The translations under genes and the position numbers were made by a program. Below, in pieces: positions 51,141 to 63,469 of a stretch of 64,000 nucleotides of DNA. The DNA comes from Azolla caroliniana. Lineage: Eukaryota > Plantae > Polypodiophyta. Location: positions 10,044,001 to 10,108,000 of the forward strand of contig JBHGNT010000006.1 in the NCBI GenBank assembly GCA_043228905.1. The letters run 5' to 3'. The stretch's first letter is position 1. Each line of letters begins with the position of its first letter. The notes beneath the pieces are model-generated. The model was not told the DNA's origin. It searched no databases and was given only the letters and a program-made list of their open reading frames with translations.

Positions 51141-51470
51141 ATGCTAGTGAGCCTCCGATCGGGAGCACACAGGCTACCAACGTGAAATGGAGGCCTGGCA
51201 ACACAACGACAAAAAATAGAGGATAGGAAAACAAGAATCTGTAGAGCTCGGTCGGGCAACACTTCGTTCTTCAAAATCATGGATACCCATCCCGGTCTTC
51301 TCTCCCTTCTTTTATAGCACAAGGAGAGAGAGGGGAGTCCTTACATAAGCCATTAAGACAACCACTTTTTGTCCCTGGTTCTCTCCTCAATCTCCTCCAA
51401 TCAATCACAATTATTCCCCTCTATACGCATGGGACATTACGGTACCCAACTAACTCACACAACCTAGTAT
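46023..51470 (-). mobile_element. LTR J (46023-46349 plus 51045-51470), related to the LTR of Gypsy E, split by Copia I
   Basis: It starts TGTCGTGG exactly where L1 ORF2 stops. It shares GGCG(A/G)GACCAC...GGGTCTC..ACCAAGGAGA and CTCGGT...GCA(A/G)CACTTCGT(T/C)CT blocks with 51959-52675. The far end is not found. Confidence 0.6.
46350..51039 (+). mobile_element. Ty1/copia element I (relative of B), degenerate, with deletions at both LTR-internal junctions
   Basis: Starts TGTTGAGATACAAGCTCAAC (B starts TGTTGAGAGATCAAGCTCAAC) and ends ...CGTTTACA; TSD TCTAT at 46345-46349 and 51040-51044; the block 46607-46745 is repeated at 50880-51018. Gag from ATG 46829, CWYCGKKGHKESEC, integrase, RT YKARLVAKGY, and RNase H cut after YYDNLSSIQLA. 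Confidence 0.9.
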
Positions 51471-51548
51471 TGTTAGGAATAGTACTGAGACAGAGAGGAA
51501 ATTAGTACTTAGACGAAAAGAGGGTGTAGAACACTTGAGAGAAGGAGA
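51471..51548. mobile_element. Possible terminus of a further LTR element K
   Basis: An abrupt TGTTAGGAAT start lies between LTR J sequence and the LINE tail; no second end or TSD in the window. Confidence 0.3.
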
Positions 51549-51958
51549 GATAGATTATATTATCATCTTTGGAGGTCAAATATGACCTATGAGACCAAAC
51601 ATATTACATTTCACGTGATATGTGTCAAGGTGAGTAGCGACTCTCGATGTTCAAGAACTTTACCAATGAATGTTGCAATCGAGAGTGCACATCGTGGTTG
51701 TGAGAGAAATTCGTGCAAGGATTGGGCTCGATCGAAGAGATGTGGAAAGCATGGTCAAATATGATCAAAGGCAGAGCATTGTATCAAAGTGTGATACTCA
51801 GACTCTCGAACTTGTTTAGGGCAAAGTGTGCATAGTCGGCCACTCTCATCACTTGTGCCCCAACGCCCCGTCTCACATCTCAATGCGTGCAAGCTAAGTC
51901 GCATGGAAGCAATGGTTCGAATGGCAGATATTGGGATGGGCTCTAACATGTATCGATG
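51549..51958 (-). mobile_element. 3' end of a non-LTR retrotransposon (RTE-like or related LINE)
   Basis: MRLSLHALRCETGRW...RLCTLC...ESEYHTLIQC is the C-terminal Zn-binding region typical of LINE RT proteins. A short 3' UTR ending ATAATATAATCTATCT follows. The clade is uncertain. Confidence 0.7.
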
Positions 51959-52024
51959 TGTACGGTGTCGCGTTGTTACACGCGTGCGTGGAGAAAGAGG
52001 CGGGACCACGGGGGTCTCGAACCA

Positions 52025-52085
<61 letters not shown>

Positions 52086-53921
52086 GTACACACAGAGAGA
52101 TTAAGAGCAAGAAAAATAGGAATCTGATTATTATAGTCAGTAGCTTACAACCGGCAACCCGGTAATGGACCCGACACGGGGTCCTACTCACGCACACCGA
52201 CGACAGGCACACGACTCGAAGAAACAAGAGGGGAAAGGGGAAGGAGAGAGACTCTGCTGGAAGCACACGGGCTGTCCACGAAGCAGAGGCAGCGAACTCC
52301 TGACACCCGCAGAGAACGACGATTAGAGGAGAGGGAGAGAGCGAGCCTGGCACTCGGTTCTGCAGCAGCACTTCGTCCTCACCAACGCGCGATATTTTTC
52401 TTTCCCTTCTCTCCTCTCCTTAAATAGTTCCCAAAAGGGGGTGCCCTTTCTCCCTAGTCAAATCACTTTATTCCTTGTCTCTTCTGATAGAGATACGCAC
52501 AATCCCCTAATAAATGTGTACTACTTAGTATTTACATCAGCCTATCCATTTATCAATCATGTACAAAATATCAATTCATGCGCCCATCCGTGTAAGAGCC
52601 GGTTCATGTGCCTTTTTCTCCGATTCCGCCTATGCCCGGTTTTCTTCAAAACATCCACCCCCACCAAACCGCACATCCACTGGCATGCGCCAGAGACAGG
52701 TAGATACCGAAGAAAACCGGCTTCACTCGTCGTTCTTCGATTCTTCGCTGGGCCCAAGCTGATCGTCGTCGTCGCTCCCGCTCGCAGGCTCCGGCTCGTC
52801 CTCGAACCGCTTCTTGAATGCTTTGATCCGCTTCTCAGCCACCGGCACCGCTAACCGTGTCCCGTCGAGTTCCGCGAGGTGGTACGTGCCGTTGTTGTTC
52901 GCGCTCGTCACCGTGTAGGGCCCGAACCATCTCCTAGCGAACTTCCGCACCGCCTTGTGCTGATTGTCGAGGCTGCTGTCGTATACCAAGACCCAGTCGC
53001 CTTCCTCGATCTTCTTTGGTCGCAACCGGTGCGTTCGGTCGAACCGGTCTTGTTCCGCTCCCTTGCCGCTCACAACTTTTCCTTCGCCCATTTCACGTCC
53101 TCTGGCCTCCGCTCGAGTTGCCGAATCCGCGCTGCCAGCAACTCCTCCTTGCTCATCTCGTCCTTCCAATCCACCGCCGCCCATGAAGAAACCGTTTGTT
53201 CCATCGACATGATCGGCTTCTGTCCGTACATCAGCTCTGCCAGCATAAACTGTCACCGAACTACGCGTAGTTCGGTCCGCCCATAGTGCGTAAGGAAGGA
53301 GCCGCGGCCAATTCCCGACCTTCCCTCCGCATGCATGCACCAACGCCTTTACGATCGGCCTGTGCCCACGTTCTACCTTTCCGTTTGCCTCCGGATTGTA
53401 CGCCGTAGTGAGGGAGAGTTTGACGCCTAGCCGGTCGAATAGCTCCTCAACTTCTCGCGCATCCAGCTCTCCTTGGTCCACCACGATCCTCCCGATGCAC
53501 CTGTACCGACACACTACTTCTTCGATCAGGAACCGGCATACTGCCGCGGTTGTCTTGTTTTGCAGTGCACAGCCTTCCACCTGGTTCGTTAAGTCTTCCC
53601 GTGCAAGCACCAAGTATCGCATCTGTCCTACTCCCATCGGCATCGTCACCAAGTCCACCATCCACTTGAAATGGACCGTAGGTGGGTAGGTCAGGTGTAG
53701 CTCGTCCCAGTGTCGGACTCTGGAGTGCATCTAACAGCTTTCACAAGTCGTTACGAACCGATGCACGTCCTGGTACAGCCCCGACCACCAGTACTTCTCC
53801 TTCAGCTTCTCGAACGTGGCCCATGTCCCGTGGTGCCCGGCCCAGGGACTCTCGTGAAATGCCGTTGGTAGTTCCTCTTGTTCTTCTTTCTTTGTCACTA
53901 CTCAGAGCGGGATGCCGTTTT
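51959..53921 (-). mobile_element. 3' part of Ty3/gypsy element E (non-chromovirus): integrase and 3' LTR (51959-52675)
   Basis: Integrase FHESPWPGHHG...KWMVDLVTMP...IVVDQGE...AYNPEANGKVERGH...RRWFGPY. LTR termini TGTGCGGT/ACCGTACA form a 7/8 inverted match. An alternative inner boundary at 52653 cannot be excluded. Confidence 0.8.
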
Positions 53922-55348
53922 TGTTACCGGCCGGCAAAGGGTCCAAAGTGTGAAACGGGGAGTTATTTAATTAGTAGGAATGGTTGTAAGTAAGTTATGA
54001 GTGTGGACGGACGGACCGGAATTGGTATGCTGTTCCGGATCCGGACTGATCCCGAACAGGTGCGGATGGCACCATTTTGTAATACAGACTGGAGACCTAT
54101 TTAAAGGCCCGGATACAATGTAATGAACAACGGTTAATTAATAAAGTTCAGTGTTGTTATCTCTTTGTGTTAATTGCCGTTCTGCATTCATTGTTATATC
54201 TTACGCGTGTGATTATTAAAGACGATCATGCTAAGTAACCTAATTAAGTTGGATTAATCGTTGAGTCTAATCCTGTTGCCGTAACACCCCTTTGGTGAAG
54301 TGTCTTCCGTAGACACCCTGTGTTAGGCCATTGTCCGGCCCTAAGAGTTAACACAGTTTTTGGTGACCATGATTGCTGTTTTTGCAGCGAACGACGGCAC
54401 GGATGAATGACTAGATCAACGCACGACCTGGTTACAGATCGAACTCGATGCCTTGCCGAAAGGCAAAGGAGATGTGAGGCTTTCTAGCAAGCGGCGCAGT
54501 AAATTAGAGCGGATCGCTCGTTTTCCAACGTAATCCGGAGAGTAGCGGAGGACTCCCTCTGGTTACAGCAAACATCGCACCCGGATGACGGCAGCAGTCT
54601 AAGCAGCCTCCAGGAAACCGAATCCCTTCTCCAGGCGTTGGCAAACGGAGAAGGCGAAGCAAAAGCCTTTTCAGCGTATGAATCGGACTTCGAAGGGGAA
54701 TACAGCGTGCACACGAACTACCGTAGCAGCAACGAGACCCCGGGCGGACCGGAGGACGAAGGATCAAATACCTTACCGACACCGGAACCGGAAGTGCTAA
54801 CGTTGGAACCCCCGGAACCAGCAGAGGAAGAGCGACCTCCAACACCGGAAGTCGAAGAGGAGAGGCCTCCGTCACCAAAAGAAGAGGAAAGACCACCGAC
54901 GCCGGAAACAAATCGGGAAAGACCACCGACGCCAGAGAAAATCCCGGAACGAGCACCAACACTGCCAGCCCGCGCACCGATACCGGACGACGACATGCCG
55001 TTCCAGTACTCCAAGTATAGAGATGATCCGGACGCGGAAGCTCATGTGCACGCCTTTGAACAGACATGGGAAGCCAACCATGTGTCATAGCGATTGACCC
55101 CGGAGGAAGAGGAACGCTCTAAGATAGCGGAATTTGGCGTCACATTGGAGGGACCGGCAGCAAGATGGCACCAGACGCAGGACCCGTCTACCATCAATAC
55201 CTTTGCAGATTTAAAAGCTAAGTTCTTGCATTTTTTCCAAAAGGAGGTGGACCAGACTGTAATGGTCGGCTTATTTTATACCATCCGACAGGAGGCAAGG
55301 GAGAGCATTCCCCAGTTTGTCATCCGGTTTCAACGGATGCATAGTCAG

Positions 55349-55809
55349 TATTATAGATCATAGCACTAATGTAAGCTTAAGATAAGGATAAGGATAAAGA
55401 ATTGAAAGATAGAAAGGAGAAAGAGAAAGAAGGGTGCCGATCCACCCGACCACCCCCGAGCGAAGGGATCGAGACGGACTCGAGCCTCGATCGGCGTCCC
55501 ATACCACCGCCGTGGCGTCGAGTCGTACCTGGTGCTGGCGCGCTCGCTACAAGAGTTGACCCACCACACGAGCAGAGTCTCGATGTAGTCAAAAGATGAT
55601 CCAATGAGGGTAGCTAGGCCTCTTATTTATAGCGAAACCCAAGGCCCCCAGGCAAGTTCACACTTGACCTAATGGGTTGTCTCAATCCCGAGGATTAAAA
55701 GTAATCCTCCCCTTCTTTACATTCTCCTTTAACCCTCACACTTATCCACGTGTATAGAATACTACGGTAAATTCTTACCACGGGATATTATATGGTCATG
55801 CCCGTAACA
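55349..55809 (-). repeat. 3' LTR of chromovirus G
   Basis: Adjacent to the PPT; identical by eye to 61917-62377. Confidence 0.96.
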
Positions 55810-58800
55810 TACTCCCCCTCTTTAAAACATTGCACTCTTGCAATGGAAAGTTAGGGAAGTTAGTTCTAAGTGTATTTTCGCGTTCCCATGTGGCATCTTT
55901 TATTGATTTATCCATCCATTTTATTTTGAATTCTCGGATTTCTTTAGTACGTAATTTTTTTGTTTTAACATCGAGAATTCTTTCTGGTACATGTGGTATA
56001 GAAGATAATTCTTCAGAAGTAACCAGAGTTTCAGTCGTAGCTGTATTGTCGCCAGAACCTAGAAGTTCTTTTAGACGACTAACATGAAAGACTGGATGAA
56101 TTCCGACACCATCGGGAAGAGCGAGACGATAGGCTGATGACCCAATGCGTTTGAGGACTATAAAAGGTCCACAAAACCGTGGGGCTAACTTAGCGCACTT
56201 ACCCGTAGACAATGTCTTAGAATTGTGAGGTACACGTAAAAATACCTTCTGTCCAGGGTTGAATACACGAGGTTGCCTATGATGATCGGCATAAAAACGC
56301 GCTCTATCTTGAGCTGTTTTTATATTATCTCGTGCAATATGCAACATATCTTGCATATCCCGAAGAAAGTTTTGCGTACTTCGCAACTCATCATGATGTA
56401 TAGTAACATCAATCGGGGCTCGTGGCTGAAAACCATACATCAACATAAAAGGACTATATCCCGTCGACGTATGCTTGGAGCTGTTATAAGCAAACTCCAA
56501 AATTGGGAGATAACGTTCCCATTTTGTTGGTTTTGCACCAACGTATGCTCGAAGCATGTCCTCAATAATTTGATTTACTCGTTCTGTCTGTCCATCGGAT
56601 TGAGGATGATCCGTGGAGCTCATGCTCAACGTAGTTTCTAACTTCTTAAAGACTTGTGTCCAGAAGTCACTAGTAAACTTTGGATCTCGATCACTCACGA
56701 TATCCATCGGTAACCCATAAAAACGAAACAATTCGTCAACGAATTGGTAAGCCAATTCAGGAGCTGTTACCGTGGTTTTAGTAGCAATAAATCTGGCCAT
56801 TTTAGTTAGTCGATCAACGACAACCCAGATGGCATCATGACCTTTTTGGGTGCGAGGAAGGCTAACAATAAAATCCATGGATATGCTTTCCCACTTATTA
56901 TTGGGAATGTCCAAGGGATGTAAAAGTCCTGCGGCTTTAAGTCGCTCGGCTTTGTTAACCTGACACTGGTGACATTTAGTCACATAGCTATGTATGTCAG
57001 GACGCATCTTAGGCCAATAAAATTGAGTGGAGATGAGAACGAGTGTACGATGTATTCCAGGGTGCCCTGCTGAGGGTGCATCATGGCATTCAAAAAGAAT
57101 CCTCTTTTTGACCTCGGGTAAATCTGGAACACAAACCTTCCCATTACGGTAGAGCAAACCGTTAGCAATGTGGAAGTATTCCTTCGAGGATGTGGTGGTG
57201 TCTGTTCCAGACTCAACTCTTGCCCAGTATTTTGCGAAATAACTGTCATCAGGATACTTTCCTCGAAGGTGATCATAAAGATCTGATGATATTTCAGTGA
57301 AGCTAAGCGTGTTAACTTCACGGATGTGACTTAGTGCATCAGCGACAGTGTTCATGGAACCTTTACGATATCGTATGGAAAAATCAAAGTCCTGGATGAG
57401 ATCAGCCCATCGTGCCTTACGACCTTTCAGGTCTTGTTGGTCACAAAAATATTTCAAGGACTCGTGGTCCGTAGTTACCACAAAGTGATTTCCATAAAGA
57501 TAATGGCGCCATGTTTTGAGCGCATGTATAACTGCAAATAATTCCTTTTCTTGAACGGTATACCGACATTGAGCAGAATCAAGTTTCTTACTCTCGAATG
57601 CTATTGGTTTACAATCTTGATACAAGACAGCACCTATAGCATAATCGCTTGCATCGGTTTCAACCTCAAAAGGTTTTGAAGGATCGGGTAAAAGAAGTGA
57701 AGGAGCCTTGCAAACCAGGTCCTTGAGTTCCTTAAAGGCAAGGTCTAGTGTAGCATTCCACACAATAGGTTTTGTAGACTTACGCGTTTGACCTTTTAAA
57801 AGATCAGTAAACGGCGTCGTCAATTGGGAGTAATTACGAAGAGACTTTCGCAAAAACCCCACAAAACCAAGGAATGATCGAACTTCTCGAATATTCCGAA
57901 GAGTGGGCCAAAGCTTGATTTTCTCAATGCGAGAAGGATCAATTTCAACTCCTCGTTCGGTTATGAGATGTCCTAGATAAGTAATTGATTTCTTGAAGAA
58001 CTCACATTTTGAGATCTTCGCATAAAACTGTTTGTCACGCAATGTTTGTAAAACAAAGCGGACATGTCTAGCATGTTCTTGTAATGTACGGCTATAAACT
58101 AAAATATCATCCAAGAAAATAACGACAAATTTTCCAAGTTGTTCTCGGAAAATGTCATTCATTTCTTGTTGAAAAGTAGCCGGAGCATTGGTCAAACCAA
58201 AAGGCATAACCAAAAACTCGTAATGGCCATAGCGCGTACGAAATGCCGTTTTAGGAACATCGTCCTCACTTATTCGTATTTGATGGTAGCCAGTACGGAG
58301 ATCAAGTTTCGTAAAATACCTAGCTCCCTGGAGACGGTCAATTAGATCGTCAGCCCGGGGCAATGGATACGAATTCTTGATCGTCACTTTATTCAAGCGT
58401 CGGTAATTAATACACATACACCATGTGCCCTCTTTCTTTTTAACCAAGAGAACAGGTGCACCCCATGGAGATTTACTATAACGTATATAACCCATTCGTA
58501 AATAGTCCTTGAGTTGCTTAGATACCTCATCTTCTTCGGATCGACTTAAGCGATACGGAGGTATACTTATTGGTGCAACACCAGGTACAATATCTATACG
58601 ATGGTCTATATTACGTTTAGGAGGTAACCCATCAGGTAGTTCACTTGGAAAAACATCATGAAAATCATTTATGATTTCATCAAGTTGTTGTTGTTCAAAA
58701 TATGTTAATTGAATCGGGACATTATCGATATTGTAAACGTGAATGTCCGGATCAAGTACACAATAAAATAACGTAGAACAAGACAACTCAGATATTGATG

Positions 58801-60229
58801 GACACGAGGAAACAATCGAGAGGGATTGTTTTTTTACACATTGAATAAAATGCGTACAATCGTTGAGTACAAAAGAAATGGAATGGCGAACCCAATCAAT
58901 AAATAAAGAAGAGTTTTTATTATAAAACCAGGGATAACCCAGTATTACATCGGTGGTACAAAGATTCATTACATGGAAGTCTACTTCCTCTATATAAGTA
59001 TCAATAGAAATTCCTAATGAATGAATCGCCCCGTTGATGTATTGTACTCTTCCATCAGCCAAGTGCACCGTGTAGGTGTGATCACTTACGGTGGGTTGGA
59101 TTCCCCATATCTGAACCAAACGATCATTCACAAAATTGTGTGAGCTTCCCGAATCAAATAAAAATTGTACGGGAGATCCATTGATATACCCGTTTGCACG
59201 TAGTAAATCATTGGGACCCAATACATAATGAGGGAAAGAACATTGACAATTACTCAAATGATGTGTATAGACTTGAAGGACATTAGGAATCTGACCTTTA
59301 TGGTCTGCAGCTTTAGCTTTGTTGTCGTGCTCTTTCCGTTGGAGCTTTCGACATTGATCTTTTGTATGACCCTTCTTTTTGCAGAATACACAAAAAGGAT
59401 GTTGTCGCTTACAATCGCGATCCAGGAATTCGTTGGGTGTCTTGCGTTTCCCAACAAATTGCGACTGCTTAGTCCCGGGCGCTTCGTTGGATTTGTTATG
59501 GTCCTTCTTCGAAGTGCGTTGATAGCGAAGAACTATTTCAACGGCCTCTTCGAAGGATTTTGGATCCTTATCGTGCACTATCCAGTGATAGTCCGAATTG
59601 GGGATGCCATTGACAAAACAAGCTATCAACCAATTGTCCCCTTCTAGACCCGATTTTTGGATTTGGGTTCTAGCATGGTGAACATAGTCTTCTAGCGAGG
59701 AAAATTTCCTGCTAGAGAGGTTCATTAAAGCTTGTGCTGCCTCGGTTCGAGAGGGAGGTTGCAGAAATTGGCCCTTAAAAACCGTGACAAAATCTGTCCA
59801 GGTATCGGGCAATTTCCCCATAGTACGGAGGCAACGCCACCAGGCGGCGGCCTTACCCCCGAGTTCTCGGCCGACATATGCAATCTTCGTACTATCTGGC
59901 GTGGGATAGAGCTCAAAATGAGACTCCCATCGTCCCAGCCATGTGCAGATTGCTTCTTCGGTTCTTTCCTTTTTGTCTCCCGTAAATGGCTTAACGACAA
60001 ATGATGGTTCACCTTGTCGCTCATCAGGTCTATTAGTCTCACGTTGTAGGCTAATGACACGTGCCTCAAGAGCACTCTGAGATTGCCGAAGTTCGGTCAT
60101 CTGTTGAGCGGTGAAACTAAGGAATTGGGTTATTTGTGCCAAATACATCTCAGTCGACATTTGTCCAGGAGGATTCCCTTGAGTTCCTTCCGCTTGAGCG
60201 GATGACATCGGGTCGTTAATTTGAGCCAT
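55796..60229 (-). CDS. Gag-Pol polyprotein (1477 aa): gag, CCHC knuckle, aspartic protease, RT, RNase H, integrase, chromodomain
   Basis: [14 protein letters not shown]; [11 protein letters not shown]; [12 protein letters not shown]...[12 protein letters not shown]...FLDDILVYS; [11 protein letters not shown]; [10 protein letters not shown]...CHQC; SMDFI...SDRD...GQTERVN; RFCGPF; PERILD...FKIKW...DATWE. Confidence 0.96.
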   Translation of the reverse strand: MAQINDPMSSAQAEGTQGNPPGQMSTEMYLAQITQFLSFTAQQMTELRQSQSALEARVISLQRETNRPDERQGEPSFVVKPFTGDKKERTEEAICTWLGRWESHFELYPTPDSTKIAYVGRELGGKAAAWWRCLRTMGKLPDTWTDFVTVFKGQFLQPPSRTEAAQALMNLSSRKFSSLEDYVHHARTQIQKSGLEGDNWLIACFVNGIPNSDYHWIVHDKDPKSFEEAVEIVLRYQRTSKKDHNKSNEAPGTKQSQFVGKRKTPNEFLDRDCKRQHPFCVFCKKKGHTKDQCRKLQRKEHDNKAKAADHKGQIPNVLQVYTHHLSNCQCSFPHYVLGPNDLLRANGYINGSPVQFLFDSGSSHNFVNDRLVQIWGIQPTVSDHTYTVHLADGRVQYINGAIHSLGISIDTYIEEVDFHVMNLCTTDVILGYPWFYNKNSSLFIDWVRHSISFVLNDCTHFIQCVKKQSLSIVSSCPSISELSCSTLFYCVLDPDIHVYNIDNVPIQLTYFEQQQLDEIINDFHDVFPSELPDGLPPKRNIDHRIDIVPGVAPISIPPYRLSRSEEDEVSKQLKDYLRMGYIRYSKSPWGAPVLLVKKKEGTWCMCINYRRLNKVTIKNSYPLPRADDLIDRLQGARYFTKLDLRTGYHQIRISEDDVPKTAFRTRYGHYEFLVMPFGLTNAPATFQQEMNDIFREQLGKFVVIFLDDILVYSRTLQEHARHVRFVLQTLRDKQFYAKISKCEFFKKSITYLGHLITERGVEIDPSRIEKIKLWPTLRNIREVRSFLGFVGFLRKSLRNYSQLTTPFTDLLKGQTRKSTKPIVWNATLDLAFKELKDLVCKAPSLLLPDPSKPFEVETDASDYAIGAVLYQDCKPIAFESKKLDSAQCRYTVQEKELFAVIHALKTWRHYLYGNHFVVTTDHESLKYFCDQQDLKGRKARWADLIQDFDFSIRYRKGSMNTVADALSHIREVNTLSFTEISSDLYDHLRGKYPDDSYFAKYWARVESGTDTTTSSKEYFHIANGLLYRNGKVCVPDLPEVKKRILFECHDAPSAGHPGIHRTLVLISTQFYWPKMRPDIHSYVTKCHQCQVNKAERLKAAGLLHPLDIPNNKWESISMDFIVSLPRTQKGHDAIWVVVDRLTKMARFIATKTTVTAPELAYQFVDELFRFYGLPMDIVSDRDPKFTSDFWTQVFKKLETTLSMSSTDHPQSDGQTERVNQIIEDMLRAYVGAKPTKWERYLPILEFAYNSSKHTSTGYSPFMLMYGFQPRAPIDVTIHHDELRSTQNFLRDMQDMLHIARDNIKTAQDRARFYADHHRQPRVFNPGQKVFLRVPHNSKTLSTGKCAKLAPRFCGPFIVLKRIGSSAYRLALPDGVGIHPVFHVSRLKELLGSGDNTATTETLVTSEELSSIPHVPERILDVKTKKLRTKEIREFKIKWMDKSIKDATWERENTLRTNFPNFPLQECNVLKRGSMLRA

Positions 60230-61407
60230 TAAAGATTATTTCTGGAAAAGAAATAGGATAAGGTCAGAGATATAGTCATAACATATTGTCGTGATGTAAA
60301 CATATCATGGGCGAGCATTAATCGATATCATTATCTCACGTCAATACCCCTCTAGACGTATGAGATGAGGTTCAAGATCAGGTTACTATGGTAACACAAA
60401 GGTGTTTTAAAAACCATGGGGGTGACAAATAAATGTCTTTCCCTGATCTCTATATCGATTTTTTCATGGTGGCTCCCCGAGGCTCAACCATGTATGTTCG
60501 CGTCATGAATAGTTTATACACGAAAAAAAATGTTAACAATAAACTATGTTTCGGTGCCCACATAAGTGGTTTCGGCTCTTTAAGTCCTATTACGAGGACC
60601 CCGAGGTGCACTTAGACCTTAAGTCTAAACATGTGTTATAGTCATATGTATCAAGGATGTTGTATGGTCTTGGTCATATTTGAACTCGAGACCTCGAGAA
60701 CAAATACATTAAACACTTGAGCCAACCAAGTAAGTTGGTCTTCTCGAATGTTTAATGTTTGATGCGTATAAGAGATATGCGAGGCAATTGATCATATACG
60801 TTTTTTTAAAAGAACATATATGTCAAGGGTCCTTATTTCGCCCTCATTTACCAACACTATGTTGGTACGTTACCTAACCTCAAGTCTCGTAATTACGATG
60901 GCATATGTCAAAGGGCAACCTAATGGTCAAGCCAAATGAGCCCTCGTTTCGTAGTAGGCTCACGTGGGCCATCACATGGTCACGTCATTACGAATGCCTC
61001 TCGTAAAAACGAGCTCATGGTGGCATCGTATCCATGTAACGAGGGAAGGATGTTGGATACGTGCGTCATTGGAGCGACCTCACTTGAAGTGGGTCAAGCC
61101 CTACGTACTCAACATCATTATGGCTATTGCGTTTCTTTACGTAACGAAATCGAGGTCATCAACGGGGTTGTCAACAATAAAAAATTGTTGAAAAAGGAAT
61201 GGTGACAACGCCATTCTCACAAAAATGTGAGGACGGCCACCAACATCCTTTTCCCGACCATGACAACTTTCGACATAATCACGTAATAACGAATATACAC
61301 ATATGTTTACTTTTCACATATATACGATCAAATACGTATATATGTGACCACATATGCCTATATTAAACATATCGTTATATTAAATAGCCACAAATGATGT
61401 GATCGAG

Positions 61408-61670
61408 ATACGTAATCGAGGTATATACCTCTACGCACACGAAACATCCACAAATAAGAGATCATCGTAATACGCAATGGAGGTATTGACCTCTTACGCA
61501 TACGAGACCAAACGCATATCGTTTACAACAAATTAAGGTATTAAACTCATACGCAAACGTAACATATGTTCGTGAACGTAATACGTAATTGAGGTATTAA
61601 CCTCGTACGCATACGACACTCATCACATATTATTAATATGTCAAACGAGGTATTGACCTCGTGCACATAT
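61408..61670 (-). repeat. Array of five palindromic units in the 5' leader of G
   Basis: GAGGT-AT(T/A)N-ACCTC cores at about 61418, 61480, 61535 (degenerate), 61591 and 61647, flanked by TACG(T/C)AAT and TACGCA(T/C)ACG. Confidence 0.8.
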
Positions 61671-61916
61671 GTAAACGTTTTAGATAATCAATTAAAGACC
61701 ACTACAACATCATTGATTTAATAAAAAAAATTACATATAAACTAAACACATGATTAGATGGGAGAAGAGAGAATCGAAAAAAAAATATGGAAAGAGTTAC
61801 CGAAGTTCTTTGTTGATCGTTGTCTGGATCAAGGCCAACCGCACAATGATCGATCAGCATCAATCAAAAGACAAATGAAAAACAAAGAAACATTAGTACA
61901 AAAATCTGATACCAAA

Positions 61917-62377
61917 TATTATAGATCATAGCACTAATGTAAGCTTAAGATAAGGATAAGGATAAAGAATTGAAAGATAGAAAGGAGAAAGAGAAAGAAG
62001 GGTGCCGATCCACCCGACCACCCCCGAGCGAAGGGATCGAGACGGACTCGAGCCTCGATCGGCGTCCCATACCACCGCCGTGGCGTCGAGTCGTACCTGG
62101 TGCTGGCGCGCTCGCTACAAGAGTTGACCCACCACACGAGCAGAGTCTCGATGTAGTCAAAAGATGATCCAATGAGGGTAGCTAGGCCTCTTATTTATAG
62201 CGAAACCCAAGGCCCCCAGGCAAGTTCACACTTGACCTAATGGGTTGTCTCAATCCCGAGGATTAAAAGTAATCCTCCCCTTCTTTACATTCTCCTTTAA
62301 CCCTCACACTTATCCACGTGTATAGAATACTACGGTAAATTCTTACCACGGGATATTATATGGTCATGCCCGTAACA
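61917..62377 (-). repeat. 5' LTR of chromovirus G
   Basis: Followed on the - strand by TT and the tRNA-iMet PBS. Confidence 0.96.
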
Positions 62378-63469
62378 GTCAGCTTGCCCGCGCACCCCCA
62401 GAGGAGGAATTACGGATTATATTCCTAAACGCGCTCCGGGAACCCCTACGCACGGTTTGCATGGTAATTGACTTCCGCACAAGTACCATCGACCAGGTCA
62501 TTGACCGGGTGAGAGAGATGGAAAAGACAAGCTCCTGGCTCACACTGGGAGCACTCCAACGGGCGTTACCATCCGAAGAAGACCTCCGGTTTCGGCAAGC
62601 AATACAGTGCACAACCTGCTTGAATTCCGGACACTCGGCTCTAGAATGCACTATGAGGATGCAATGTGTAATCTGTCAATCCAAGGGCCATATGACGGAT
62701 AGGTGCGAGTATAATCTATTGAACCAGCAAGCACCGCCCGTCCGACAAATAGAGCCACGCAGTAGCCAGGATGAAGAAGAGGAACGCTGGCGGCGAATGG
62801 ACCACGACCGACCGGCACAGGATGTCCGGTATGGCGATCGACGGGAGAATGATGTCCTGTACGGTGATCGGCAGGATAACTATGACCAACATGATCGGTA
62901 CCGGGATTACAATAGACGATACGAACATTACGACCGGGAGCACTCCCCCGGGTATCGTCAGCAACGGGAGGAATACGACAGATATAACGGGCAACCTCGT
63001 CAAGAGTACCGAAATAAGAAGAGCTATAACAAAAAACGGAATTTCAAAAAAGGCGGCTACCCACGGGATCCGGAACAAGGAGCTTCGAGCAGCCAACCGG
63101 CCCAAAACCCCGCGCGCACCACAGGACCTGCCCCTGGTACAACAGACAATGCCGAATCCGGCAATACCCAGAAAGCCTACTGCTACTACTTCCGACAGGA
63201 AGGCCATTATAGTAATCAATGCCCGGTGAAGAGCTATGAAAAACGACTGGCGGTAAATATGGTAGTCCCTGAGGTGGCAGATCTGCAGCAGGTGACCACA
63301 AGGTCAAAGGGCATGGCCAAGGAATGGGAGACGCAGGAGACCATCCGGAAGCAAGCGACGGAATGGGTGAAGAAAGCAAACGAGCAGAATGTCACAGACT
63401 TACAGCGGCAAAAGGAGAACAACGTAGGGCTTGCCGGCGGCAGTCACTCCGAGAACGAGACATGGCAGG

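Larger units (their letters stand above)
55349..62377 (-). mobile_element. Full-length, very young Ty3/gypsy chromovirus G (7029 bp)
   Basis: 461-bp LTRs 55349-55809 and 61917-62377 show no difference I can find; perfect TSD GTCAG (55344-55348 and 62378-62382); PBS TGGTATCAGA (61905-61914); PPT GAGGGGGAGTA (55810-55820); a single uninterrupted ORF. Confidence 0.97.
53922..63469 (+). mobile_element. Ty3/gypsy element F, same family as C: 5' LTR 53922-54353 and gag, interrupted by G and H; the remainder is outside the window
   Basis: LTR TGTTACCGG...GTTAACA is homologous to the LTR of C, and the gag is collinear with C (FQYSKYRDDPDAEAHVHAF, DLRFRQAIQCTTC, VADLQQVTTRSKG). Removing G restores QRMHSQ-LARAPP in frame. 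Confidence 0.92.

Noticed and set aside
60287-60297. TGTCGTGATGT matching the end of solo LTR D, suggesting a nested LTR in the leader of G
   Set aside because: No partner TCACGACA end, no TSD and no further similarity to D.
61408-61670. CRISPR array
   Set aside because: It lies inside a eukaryotic retrotransposon, the repeats are imperfect, and there are no cas genes.
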